Positions 13,009 through 25,080 of a stretch of 64,000 nt of DNA are shown here, one piece after another. Every line of letters starts with the position of its first letter. The first letter of the stretch is position 1. Where the stretch lies: positions 42,658,001-42,722,000 of the forward strand of contig NC_086097.1 in assembly GCF_963921235.1 (NCBI RefSeq). The letters are read 5' to 3'. The DNA comes from Mobula hypostoma. Its lineage: Eukaryota. The notes beneath the pieces are model-generated. The model made no database searches, was not told where the DNA came from, and worked only from the letters and a program-made list of their open reading frames with translations. The position numbers and the translations under genes were made by a program.

Positions 13009-14159
13009 AAATTGATCTGTATGAACAGCATGCAAGACAAGCTTGTTGCAATACATCAGTACATGAGGCAACAATAAACCAATTCCATTTCCAAGGTTCT
13101 GTTATTGATACTGATGCATGTTGCTGTAATTTAACATGAAACAATGTTGGACATGAATCTAGATCTCACCCTAAAGCAATGCAACCTTGAATTAAGCAAA
13201 TTCCCTTTTGGTCACCTGCTGTGTATCTTTCATATTCATATGGAGTGTAAGTCCAATGCCTCCAGAATAACTGAAGAAGGCTTTCAGCTCTGAGCACTGA
13301 ACGCCAGCTTCAGGTTGCATCCTTGCCACAGAGCTGGGAACTGTGGGATGGATGCAGACAGCTAAAAGCGAGGCAAGTCATGAGCTGCCATCCCAACTGC
13401 TCCCTGCTTGATTCACCCTCCATGTTAGGAGCTCTCAGTTATGGCACTTCGGCAAACCTTGGAACTGTGGGAGGACATGTGGCTGGGCTTCCACAGCACC
13501 TTTCCAGATCCTTTGAGCTCAGGCAGAAACCTGGAGTCTCGTCTTCTGCCCCAGCACTCTGGCAACACGCGATTTCTAAATAAAAACAGAAAATGCTGGA
13601 AATACTCAAAACTTTTAACAATTAAAATGACCTTTTAGTTCATCTGCCAATCACTTTAAATATTTGTCCTCTGTTTTTGACCAAGCCACATGTCCTCCCA
13701 CAGTTCCAAGGTTTGCCGAGGTGCCATAACTGAGAGCTCCTAACATGGAGGGTGAATCAAGCAGGGAGCAGTTGGGATGGCAGCTCATGACTTGCCTCGC
13801 TTTTAGCTGTCTGCATCCATCCCACAGTTCCCAGCTCTGTGGCAAGGATGCAACCTGAAGCTGGCGTTCAGTGCTCAGAGCTGAAAGCCTTCTTCAGTTA
13901 TTCTGGAGGCATTGGACTTACACTCCATATGAATATGAAAGATACACAGCAGGTGACCAAAAGGGAATTTGCTTAATTCAAGGTTGCATTGCTTTAGGGT
14001 GAGATCTAGATTCATGTCCAACATTGTTTCATGTTAAATTACAGCAACATGCATCAGTATCAATAACAGAACCTTGGAAATGGAATTGGTTTATTGTTGC
14101 CTCATGTACTGATGTATCGCAACAAGCTTGTCTTGCATGCTGTTCATACAGATCAATTT
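13009..14159. repeat. Long inverted repeat: 476-bp arms (13009-13484 and 13684-14159), 199-bp spacer
   Basis: The arms are colinear reverse complements with no indel and two mismatches found by eye. The ORF track gives the same peptide start at 13323(+) and 13845(-). Confidence 0.97.
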
Positions 14160-14659
14160 TGACCAATAGGAATTGTACATCTCTATCTCCAACTACTTTG
14201 TTGATACCCCTCAGTGAAAACCTTCAGTCATCTCCTTTCAAGCTTCTCTGCTCCATTGAGAACTATCTCAGCTTCTTCCTGTATCACAGTCCTCTCTTCA
14301 CAGGAACTATTATTCTGCATCTTCTCCAGACCTTCCTGTGCTCCCTAAGGATGGCTGGGTAGCGCTGGATGAGGAACCCTTCCTCCTCCTCCTCCTCCTA
14401 CTCCATCACCTCTTTCTCATTATTTCTCCTCCTCCTTTCAGCAAGGTTGAGCTCTCTAAATCCTCAAAGCTCCCTCAGCTCAGGGAACTCTTCCTCACCA
14501 TCTTCCTCGTTCTTTGAGCATCGTGTTTTGCTCTACCTTCCTTCCGTTCAATCTCTGAAGGCAAGATACTCCAGCATTCAGCACAATAAACCCTACAGAT
14601 ATTTGAATCAGTTTTTTCTTCAGTTAGAATGTACTAACTGTAGCAAAAGGCTGAAAAAA

Positions 14660-15215
14660 ATCCTCTACTGCCATGATGAGGCTAAACTCAGGTTAGAGGA
14701 GCAACAAGTCATGTTCCATTTGGTTAGCCTCCAACCTGATGGCTTGAACATCAGTTTATATAGCTTCTGGGAGTTTTCTCTACCCCGCCCCCCGCCCCCA
14801 TTTCTCTTTTTTTTCACGCTCCCCTTTCTGGTCTCCCCTCAGCCCTTCTCTTCTCACTTTCCCAATCCTTCCACTATTGCCCTCCACTTTCCTTTTCTTC
14901 CATAGTCCACTATTCTCTCCTAACAGGCTGCTTCTTCATCAGCCCCTTACCTCTTCCTCCTAGCACCTCCCAGCTTCTTACTTCATCCACCCTCCCCCAC
15001 CCACCCACCCACCTGACCCATTCACCTGGTTTCACCTATCACCTGCCAACTTGTACTCCTTCCTCTCCCCTCCCATCTTCTTACGTTGGCCTCTCCCTCC
15101 ATTCCTTTTGGCCCAAAACATTGATTCCATAGATGCTGCCTGACTTGCTGAGTTCCTCCAGCATTTACTGCATATTGCTCGAGATTTCTAGAATTTGCAG
15201 AATCTATTGTGTTTA
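14660..15215 (+). mobile_element. Older Penelope-like 3' fragment
   Basis: LYCHDEAKLRLEEQQVMFHLVSLQPDGLN, then a pyrimidine tract and the ATAGATGCTGCCTGACTTGCTGAGTTCCTCCAGCA terminus. Confidence 0.8.
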
Positions 15216-15861
15216 AAAACCAACATCAATAACCAACTAAAGGAAATAATAATCTCATAAAATCACATGGTGTGCGTCCTACCTGCTGCTGAATGCTCTG
15301 TGAGGGTAAGAGGGGGCATTAGCAAGCACATAATATGGCAATTGATCTCGTGACCTGTGTACTCTGCACAATTTTGGCAGATTCTAATTTCATTCGTGCC
15401 ACACCCTGCGTAATCTGCACCATAATTGCTATTTTGGGACCAGTTCGGCACAGTTTGCAACCAAAGATCATGCACCACAAAGATGGAGAAAACTGTGAGG
15501 AATGAATCAAGAAAATGATGCAGCAGGTTTTATTGAAAAGGTGTTCGTGGGATCTTTAACCAGGTGCCATCATTCATGATAAGTGCTGGTGAACAGATGC
15601 TCACCGGTTTGTGTTCATACTGATGACACCGGCAATTTTTAAAGGCTCAGCATGAACTGTTTCTGCCTTAGCAGGGAATTCTAAAGCACTGGGAACCCAG
15701 CATTCACTTTTATCACAGATAATGAAAGGGGAGCATTGCATTTACAATAACAACTCTCCTACTTATTTCAAAAATAGACTTTATTCATAATAATTTTAAA
15801 AATGCTAAAGAAAAAACAGTGCAACATTATCAAAGGTCAAAGTAAATTACCATGTGCCACC

Positions 15862-16866
15862 AGCCTCTGGGTCCAACATATTATTCTCCGTAACTTCCGC
15901 CACCTCTAACGGGATCACACCACTAAGCACATCTTTCCCTCCACCCCCCCCGCTGCTTTCCGCAGGGATCGCTCCCTACACGACTCCCTTGTCCATTCGT
16001 CCCCCCCATCCCTCCCCACTGATCTCCCTCCTGGCACTTATCCGTGTAAGCGGAACAAGTGCTACACATGCCCTTACACTTCCTCCCCCACCACCATTCA
16101 GGGACCCAAACAGTCCTTCCAGGTGAGGCGACACTTCACCTGTGAGTCAGCTGGGATGATATACGGCGTCCAGTGCTCCCGATATGGCCTTCTATATATT
16201 GGCGAGACCGACGCAGACTGGGAGATCGTTTTGCTGAACGCCTACGCTCTGTCTGCCAGAAAAAGCAGGATCTCCCAGTGGCCACACATTTTAATTCCAC
16301 ATCCCATTCCCATTCTGATATGTCTATCAACGGCCTCCTCTACTGTAAAGATGAAGCCACACTCAGGTTGGAGGAACAACACCTTATATTCCGTCTGGGT
16401 AGCCTCCAACCTGATGGCATGAACATTGACTTCTCTAACTTCCGCTAATGCCTCACCTTCCCCTCATACCCCATCCGTTATTTATATACACACATTCTTT
16501 CTCTCACTCTCCTTTTTCTCCCTCTGTCCCTCTGACTATACCCCTTGCCCATCCTCTGGGTCCCCCCCCCCTTTGTCTTTCTCCCTGGGCCTCCTGTCCC
16601 ATGATCCTCTCGTATCCCTTTTGCCTATCACCTGTCCAGCTCTTGGCTCTATCCCTCCCCCTCCTGTCTTCTCCTATCATTTTGGATCTCCCCCTCCCCC
16701 TCCCACTTTCAAATCTCTTACTTCTTTCAGTTAGTCCTGACGAAGAGTCTCGGCCCGAAACGTCGACTGTACCTCTTCCTAGAGATGCTGCCTGGCCTGC
16801 TGCGTTCACCAGCAACTTTGATGTGTGTTGCTTGAATTTCCAGCATCAGCAGAATTCCTCGTGTTT
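15862..16866 (+). mobile_element. Penelope-like element, 5'-truncated, frameshifted GIY-YIG region, hammerhead motif and tail
   Basis: FTCESAGMIYGVQCSRYGLLYIGET / RRRLGDRFAERLRSV...GMNIDFSNFR*; ends GCAGAATTCCTCGTGTTT. Confidence 0.9.
16733..16768 (+). ncRNA. Minimal type I hammerhead ribozyme motif
   Basis: AGTC CTGACGA A GAGT CTCG GCCC GAAA CGTC GACT; palindromic ACGT stem III; predicted cut after C16764; one stem II mismatch. Confidence 0.75.
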
Positions 16867-16944
16867 ACCACCTTGAGATTAGTTTTCTTGCCGACACCCA
16901 CAGGAAAACAAAGAAGTACAACAGAATCCATGAAAATCCATGAA

Positions 16945-17280
16945 ACTGCTGGAGAAACACAGCAGGTCAGGCAGCACCTATGAAGAGGAATAAGCAGTTG
17001 ACATTTTGGGCCAAGACACTTTATCAGGACTGGAGAAGGAGGAGGAAAAGCCAGAATAAGAAGGCGGGGGTGTGGGTTGGGGTGGGAGGAAGGAGTACAA
17101 GCTGGCAAGTGATAGGTGAAAGCAGGTGAGGTGAAAGGTGGGGGAGGGCGAGGTGAAGTAAGAAGCTGTGACGTGATAGGTGGAAGAGTTGAAGAAGGAA
17201 TCAATGGAAGTGGTCAGTTGATCGTGGGAGAAAGGGAGGAGGAGGGGCACCAGACAAGATGGAGAAGGGAAGCCAGAAAC
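16945..17280 (-). mobile_element. Old Penelope-like 3' fragment
   Basis: AGCAGGTCAGGCAGCA, degenerate antisense hammerhead at ~16996-17031, purine-rich tract. Confidence 0.7.
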
Positions 17281-18789
17281 ATGGCTAACCATGTGCTAAT
17301 CACTTGATTTCTTAAAAATATATGAAAATGATTATGGAATCTGCTTGAGTGTGGTAACATTGTTCTAAGATCAAATATTTTCCATATTCAAAATCATTTT
17401 TACTAATCAAACAGTTACATGTTTACTTCGTTGTAGATTGGAGTCAAACTACTCTCCTTAATGCCCTTGAACTGATCTTTTAATTATCTAGGTAGATAAT
17501 TCATTGACATGATTCGTATGGGAATATTCACAACAGTCCAATGAACACTAGTAAATTTCAAAGTGATACATAATGTGAAATCATTGCATACTTCCATATT
17601 TTCAAAGTGAGTTTATGGTTGACCACTTCAGTCTTCTCCCTGGAGTGATGCCCTGCTGAAAACGCTTGTTATTATCTTTCTCTTTTCAGGATGCAGATTA
17701 CCCTGACAAAGCATTTTTCCAGCCTGTCAAAGCTGAAGCAAAGCCAAGCCCAAGGAAGTACAGTACCATGGTTGTTCTATTTCCCTTCAGAGAGAGGGGC
17801 AAAAGAATAGCTCAAAGTGACCCCAGCTCTGGCATATTCTGTCATATCCTAATCTTAAATATATTTATGTTGACAGACAGCTTTTATTAACAAGTCAATT
17901 CTAATGCTGAAGTTTGCAAATTTAAAAAAAAATGTGGAATAGTGTAGAATTAACACACAAAAAATCAACACCAATTCAAACTGTTGGTTTACGGGAGCTT
18001 GGGTAGTCCATTTATAATCCACACCCGTCAATAAATCTGTCCTCAGTATCCTAATATTTTCAGGGTTGGATCCAACTGAGATTTCATCCCTACTGATGTC
18101 AATGTTATTCAATTCCAAAAGACCTTCAGTTCTATCACCATTAAATAGCTACAAAGAATTCTGATTTGTTTTTAATTCCATTTTGTTCCCATTTATCACA
18201 TTAATCTAAAAATATACCTTTGATTAGAGCACAATTAATCCAAGCAACACGGCTACTTAAGTTTTCTATCCCTACTTTTTTTTTTAGAGATTTATTCAAA
18301 TGTGTCATTAACAAGGTCAACAATTATTGTCTTTCTCTCATTGCTGCTGAGGAGATGTGAGCTACCCATCTCGCTGAATTTTTACCATCCAAGTGGTGGT
18401 GTTTTGATACAAGATAATTTACTGCTCATTCCAGAAGACAGTGAACGATTAGTTGCATTGCTGTGCTGTTGGAGCAACACCAAATCTACCCTGGGTGCAA
18501 TGAGGCGTTTCCACCACAGAAAATGAATCTTTCTGAGAACCCATGCTGCAACTACAAGCTACAAGCTTCTTTAAACTCCAGTTGTACCCCCACAGCTGCT
18601 CTGTTGGGATGTGAACCAGATGCAGATGATTAGAATAGGCCTCTGCACAACTGATCATTAATACTGCCCCTTTGCTGCCTTACCTAACCACTTGGGTTAA
18701 TATGTATATTAGTAAATATATTATGAGCATTAGTTGAATATGAATGCTACTCCAGGGCTCACTGGCTTGTTCTGGTTCAAAATTCTTCC

Positions 18790-19500
18790 TCAAGCTGCCC
18801 CCACCCCAGATCTCCTACCCCTTCCCTTAAGCATATGCTCTCTGATCAAGAGATGGGCTTCTCACTATCTGTCAATGAGGTCACCTCACCCTTTCTTCCC
18901 TGCTAACTTTACAGCCTCACCTCAATGCCCCATCTCTGGCAACATCTTCGTGAATGTCCTGTGCACACTCTTCAGTGCAATCATATACAATGATACTGTA
19001 TATGGGCCGGAACTACACATAGTACTTCAGCTGTGGCCTCAGAAATACTGCACACAGTTGTACCATAATCTCCCTGCTCTTACTATCTACATCCCAGCTC
19101 ATGAAGCAATGGTCCCCATTTGCTTTCTTGCCTACCACATCTTACCAAAACTGCTGCCTTCAGGGATCCTTATGCAACTGCACGAACATCTCCCCATTCC
19201 TAGGGCACTACCATTTATTGTGTATATTTCAGCTTTACTAATCTTTCAAAAATGCAACACCACATCTGTCAGTATTAAGTTCCATTTAACCAATTTATCG
19301 ATATTGACCTGTGGCCTCCTCACCATCCATAACATCATTACTCTTCTCGTCATCTGTGAACTTATTACACACACCTTCCACATTCACCTCCAAACACTGA
19401 TGTACATGAGAAAGGTCAAGGATCCCTGTGGTACCTCATTGAACACAAGCTTTCCAAACACAGGCCTCAACCGTCACCTGTCAAAATGCCTTGGGTTCTG
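18790..19500 (-). mobile_element. Highly decayed CR1 fragment
   Basis: TCTGGCAACATCTTCGTGAATGTCCTGTGCACACTC and GATCCCTGTGGTACC are antisense CR1 ORF2 motifs shared with the other copies. Confidence 0.6.
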
Positions 19501-19601
19501 ACCTTTTTGATGTAAAATGTAGTCACTGGTGTAATGTGCCAAGGTGACATTGCTAATTTAGACATTCTAGATGCCAAATTCCATTGCTACATTGAGCTCC
19601 C

Positions 19602-20024
19602 ATCCGTCATCGTCATGGCTATCGGAGGTTGAGGATAATGGTCTTCATTCTGAAGAAGTGGTCCACAGAGCAAAGACGCCTGTGCATGTATTTGCTTAAT
19701 GTGTACTTGATGTTGCACTCCAAGAAGCACACGATATTTCACAAATCAACCAACTGATTCCAATGGCATGGAAACCACAACGATTGGAGCTGATGGATTT
19801 GTTGCAGCCTTCATCTGCCTTCACAGCCGTTGAGTTCGAAGTAACTTCGTCCATCTGTTCCACCGTTGAGGTCTTCGTTGGATTGTTCTTTGTCAGGGAC
19901 CTCACCCTCGACCCTACCACCATGGGTGACCCTACCAGGAGCATAGCTCCAGACGGCATCGCTCTCAGGATCACAGGACCACACAAGCTTCTCCACCACG
20001 ACAAGGTGACAATCCACAGAGAAG
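19602..20024 (-). mobile_element. Non-autonomous RTE (Expander/Rex3-like) derivative: 5' UTR joined to a 3' end
   Basis: Minus strand begins CACCTTGTCGTGGTGGAGAAGCTTG...TGCTCCTGGTAGGGTCACCCATGG, resembling RTE 5' UTRs, and ends in a GATGACG-type tail. Confidence 0.6.
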
Positions 20025-20364
20025 GTTTTCCCATTAACCAACTGCTTAATCCCAAAGTTGATTGCACTTTCAGGGTGCTGATGGCAGTTAAGAGTACTGC
20101 TCACCAAAAATGATCACTTGATAATTAAACATACTTCATGGCTTGATCCTGAATTCTAGACATAAGCTTAATAAGCTATTCATTCATTTTCACATTTTAA
20201 ATCTCTAATCCATGTTTGGATTTATTCCTGCAATGCGCTTTGCTATCTTCACAGAGGGATAAGAAAGTAAAATGATTCCTCTTTGCTTTTTGTGTACATC
20301 CAAAAGTACCAAATTGAAGTTATCATTTAAATTAGAGATCAACAAGTTGAAGGGTTAATATTAT

Positions 20365-20578
20365 AAACACAGGAGACTCTGCAGATGCTGGAAATCCAGA
20401 GCAGCATGCACCGATTCTGGAGGTACTCGGCAGGCCAGGCAGCAGCTATGGAGAGGAGAAAACAGTGGGCATCTCAGGCCAAGACCCTTCATTAGGAATT
20501 GAAGGGTCTCAACCTAAAATGTTGACTGTTTATTCCTCTCCATAGATGCTGCTTTACTTGCCGAGTTCCTCCAGCATT
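20365..20578. mobile_element. Fold-back mini-PLE: two inverted 3' termini joined at their hammerhead motifs
   Basis: ...CTCGGCAGGCCAGGCAGCAGCTATGGAGAGG...AGACCCTTCATTAGGAATTGAAGGGTCT...CCTCTCCATAGATGCTGC...GCCGAGTTCCTCCAG; the tail is on the left arm only. Confidence 0.8.
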
Positions 20579-22180
20579 CAAAGATTCAAAGTCCGTTTAT
20601 TATCTAAGTATGTAGGCAGTATACCACCCTGAAACTCTTCTTTCCCACGGACAGTCATGAAACAAAGAGCCATGGAATCAACCCATTTAAAGAGAAACAT
20701 CAAACCCCACCCTCCCCCCACGTGCAAAAACGTCACACAAATGGCAACAAAAAAACAAGCAAAAGCACAGAGTATCAAAACACAAAATTAAAAGCACATT
20801 TCAGTACAGTTCAGCTCAGTGTTCATTATTTGCAGGCCACCCCAATTAAAAAGTTGGCCAAAAGTAGTAACAAAAAAAGTGTGACCAGAACTGAAACACA
20901 TCAAAAACCTGAGAGTTTAAATCTACAACCCACATCGATTAAATCTTGCTATGGCACCATCCGCCGACAGGATTGAGGAAGATCAAGATCACTCAAACAC
21001 CAAGTCTCTCCCTCGAGAGCAGCGAGCAAGAGACCGCCACACCCAGACATCTTCTCTGGCAGCAGCGAGTGTGAGGCTGGTAGACGGAGCTGAAGTGTCG
21101 CTCACCATCCGCATTCTGTATGTGTTACGAAAGATTACCACTGCTCCTTTCCTCACAGATATTATCTGACTTGCTGAGTATTTACAACATTCTCTGTATT
21201 ATTTCCAAATTTCCAGCATCTATATATATTTTCATATTGTATTAAAGTTACCATCCATCAGAATTCCAGAGCACTAAGATTTAAACTTGGAATCAGAAAT
21301 GGGTGACTTTGATTTATATAGTATTAAAATAAGATAAATCAGCTGCGGTGCTGGGTATATCTCAAGGACATATAATTATAAGTGGAAATAATTTATTCTA
21401 ACCTTGCATGGATCATTGGTGAGGCCACAATTAGGATACTGTGTGCAGTTCTGGTCTCATTGCCTTCAAAATTAACAATCCTCAATCAAGATGAGCTGAC
21501 ACTCACACCCACAGTATAAGAGATAATGCAGAACAGGCTGCTAGCAGGAGCAACTGATGCTATTTTGATCATCTCTTTAAAAGAAGCTGAATAAATATTT
21601 GATTAGAAATGAAATTTAAGATTGCACTACTTAATCAAAGTAATTAAATATTCCACAGAACATGATTGGTTCTCTGCTTTGGGAACCTCGGGAATGCTAA
21701 CTAGGTTTGAATAAATTAAAATGAAAGACTGGATAAATATTCTATTATATTTCTGTTGCTATTCTGAATAGTAGTAATATTAGTAGCAGTAGCAGTAGTA
21801 AGCCAAAGGTTATTAAGCTGAAATATTAGCAGTTGATCTCTAGACAGATGCTGCCTGACTTTCTGAGTATTCACAGCATCTACTGTTTCTAAAAATCAAA
21901 ATAGCAGATGCTGCAAATCAGAAATAAAGCAGAAGATGCTGGAAACACCCAGCAGGTCAGGCAGTATTGGTAGTAGAGAAGCACAGTTAATATTTAAGGC
22001 CCAAGACCCTTCATCAAAACACTCTTTTCACTGTATTAACGAGAAAGAATAATTATCTGGGGAAGGAACAAAGAACTAAGGACAAAGTAAATAGACACTG
22101 GAAGGTTAGAATCGTTTGACAGATTTGAAAAATATGGAGGTGAATTTAAACTATCAAGCAATTAGTAGGAAAAGAAACTA

Positions 22181-22385
22181 ATGCTTCCCCGGCGTATATG
22201 ACGAATGAACTATTCTCAGACTTCCAGCCGGTTACAGGTATCAATTATAACCAACAGTTTGATGACAAACTCTGCCATCTTCATCAGGGATTATGTCTGA
22301 GGAAGATGGACGAGATTGTCATTGAAACGTCAGTTATAGTTGATACCTGTACCCGGATGGGAGCCCGAGAGGAGTTTATTCGTCA
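22181..22385. mobile_element. Fold-back palindromic element with two inverted hammerhead-like motifs (probable second PLE family)
   Basis: TGACGAATGAACT (22199) pairs with AGTTTATTCGTCA (ends 22385), and ACAGGTATCAATTATAAC pairs with GTTATAGTTGATACCTGT. The plus-strand core CTGAGGA...GAAACGTC is at 22297-22331. Confidence 0.75.
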
Positions 22386-23739
22386 ATTAGAAAATAGTTT
22401 TAAAAATTTCTATAGACACAAATAATTAAAAAAAACACATTTAGCTCATCTAAAGAATGCCCTCAATAAGCTCTCAAGCATCAATAGGAAAATGGTGCAT
22501 CATGTCAAGTATCCCTATTGTTATGTGTTAGTATATTGTGAGCATCCTGATGAAATGGCATGGTCTATTGAATTCTTTGAAGTAATTGTGGAAATATTAG
22601 AGAAGTGCAGTGCTATAAATTTAACACTTTTTTCTAAAGGCTTTTGATAGGGTAGAGCACAATAGATGGGAGACTGTTGGATACAGCTGGTGAAATAGAT
22701 AGTACCAGTGAAGTAAGCAGTTAGCAAATTGTAGATTTTTTTCAGGTGGCACAGGGGAGACATGGTGATTCACAGATGCTGGGACTCAGCATCCATAAAC
22801 AGCTTGGACTTGGAAACCAGAAACACAATTCCAAAATTTGCACATAACAACAAACTCCTTAGCAAAGGGGATGCTATGAAGGATGCTGGTTATGGTTCAG
22901 AACGAGGAATATTTCAAACTATGTAAAGGTAACGAAAGATAAGCCTGCTTGTAAAAGATAATGCTAAATATTCCTCGTTACACCCTAGAAAAAGTTTTAT
23001 TTAGATTACACGTTCCAGCTTGTGATGCTAACAAATGGAATTTTACTTCATGTTTAATATACAGTTTTTGTCGCTCGTTACAGTCCGTGTTTAAGTATTC
23101 AGCTTCAAGTGTTCCGGTGCGTCCACAGTGTGGCCCATGTGGTCTGCAATTTTTTATAATGACTCCCTAATGGATCTTTTCTGCTCAACCTGATCCCTCA
23201 TCTTAAGAGCTCCGTCTTTAAGAATTCTTTAATTAGCTCCCCAAGCAATGTGCTTCCTCATTACAGCATGATCCTTTCAAACTCATTAGGTTGACTCTTT
23301 TTCTCATGTGACCATGCTGTCAATAAATAGTCTTCAAGGAGAGGACTGTTGGCTCAGCAAACATGAACACAACATAGTCCTTTACCAACACACACAAAGT
23401 GCAGGAGGATTGTTTATTCCCCTCCATAGATGCTGCCTGACCTGTGGAACTCCTCCAGTATCTTGTGTGTGTTGCTCATGATTCTCAACATCTGCAGAAT
23501 CTCTTGTGTTTCCTAATACCTTACTGGGTTGTTTCCATTAGCTGGTAAAGTTCTGAGCCAAAAGGTACCCAGAATGCTTTATTAGTTGCTGTAATCATCA
23601 TGTGTTACAAGTTATGCCAAAAATAACACAGGATTTACAGTACAAAATCCAATATATGTGACAAAGGAATTTTTTAAGGAATACGTTCCTTTCTCATTCC
23701 TCGCAAATTCAAATCTGAATAAATAGACCACTGGCGAAA

Positions 23740-24255
23740 TGAATGGAAAGGTCATCAAGTGACGCTGCACAGAAGCTGGCCCTACAGCCTAATTGGTCCA
23801 TGCCAACAGTTTTGGCCCATAACCTTCTAAGCTTTTCAAATCCATGCAGCTGTCTAACAATCTTTAAAAAGTTGTTACTGTACCTCCCTCGACCACTTCC
23901 TCTAGCAGTTCAGTTCACATACGTACCAGCCTTTGTGTAAAAAAAAGTGTGCCTCAAGTTCCGATAAAATCTTGCCCCCTCACCTTAAATCGATGCCCTC
24001 CAATTCCTGAATCCTCAAACCTGGAAAAAAGACTAAACCCTGTCTATGCCCCTCCTGATTTATACACATCTACAAGATCACCTCTCAGACTCCTACGCTC
24101 CTATGAATAAAGTCCTAGCCTTTGCTGCATTCCTTTCAGTTTATTCACAACTTTCCTATAGCAGGACAACCAAAAATCAACACAATAATCCAAGTGTGGC
24201 CTACCGGCATCCTGTACAGCTTCACTATAACCTCCTAACTTTTATACTCAATGCT
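23740..24255 (-). mobile_element. Decayed CR1 3' fragment
   Basis: Antisense CR1 3' motifs (CCCCTCACCTTAAAT, TCTATGCCCCTCCTGATTTATACAC). Confidence 0.6.
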
Positions 24256-24604
24256 TCTCCCTCCTGTTGAAAGCTCTCAGTCCAAAGCACCAACTGTTTA
24301 TTTCCATCCATAGATGCTGCCTGACCCACCGAGCTCCTCCAGCACATTGTGTGCATTGGGCCACTTCCTATAGTTCAAGAGCCACCTCATCAGTTAAGGC
24401 AGGTATAAATGACAGCACAATGTATGAAATACTGGAACCATGGGATCATACTATGGTTCTAGCACAGAAGCAGGCTATTTAGCCCATTGTGTCCATGTTG
24501 ATCTGCTACTGGAGCAACTCAATTGTTCTGCAAATCCACACGATCAATGATCCCACCAGATCAAGTGCAATATCCTCATCAGCTCCATCCGTTATCTCAA
24601 ACTG

Positions 24605-25080
24605 ATTAAACAAAGTTCAATGTAAACTTATGATCAAAGTACATGTATGTCACCAAGTACAATCCTGAGATACATTTTCTTCCATGCATTCTCAGCGAAT
24701 ACAAGAAACACAATAGAAACAATGAGAGACTGCACCCAACAGGACAGACAAACAACAATGTGCAAAAAACAACAAACTGTGCAAAATACCAAAAGAACAA
24801 AGAAAAGAAATGATTAAAAATAATAAATAAAGAAGCAACAAATATCTAGAACATGATATGAAGAGTCCTTGAAAGTGAGTCCATAGGTTGTGGGAACAGT
24901 TCAGTGATGGGGCGAGTGAAGTTATCCCCTTTGGTTCAAGAGCCTGTTGGTTTTTGAGAAGGAACTGTTCCCGATTGTGATGGTGTGGGACCTGAGGCTC
25001 CTGTGCCTCCTTCCTGATGGCAACAGAGAGAAGAGAGCATGGTCTGGATGGTAGGACTCCATCAAGATGGTGCCAATAAA
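24605..25080 (-). mobile_element. Rex1 3' end fragment
   Basis: CTGAGGCTCCTGTGCCTCCTTCCTGATGGCAACAG (antisense LLPSGRR motif) plus 3' UTR. Confidence 0.7.

Noticed and set aside
13323..13845. Duplicate ORFs beginning MPQSWELWDGCRQ on opposite strands
   Set aside because: A by-product of the inverted duplication; non-ATG start and no homology evident.
16426..16876. Pro/Ser/Leu-rich ORFs repeated at ~7.1, 16.5, 46.3 and 47.1 kb
   Set aside because: These are translations of the pyrimidine-rich PLE 3' UTR, not genes.
17666..17890. Possible host exon: plus-strand acceptor TTTCTCTTTTCAG at 17689, or a minus-strand 83-nt exon at 17702-17784 encoding MVLYFLGLGFASALTGW
   Set aside because: No recognisable protein, no partner exons and no convincing plus-strand donor. 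It cannot be supported without RNA-seq or homology.
18734..19501. 255-aa plus-strand ORF
   Set aside because: It lies antisense to a decayed CR1 fragment, has no recognisable domain, and is best explained as a chance open frame.
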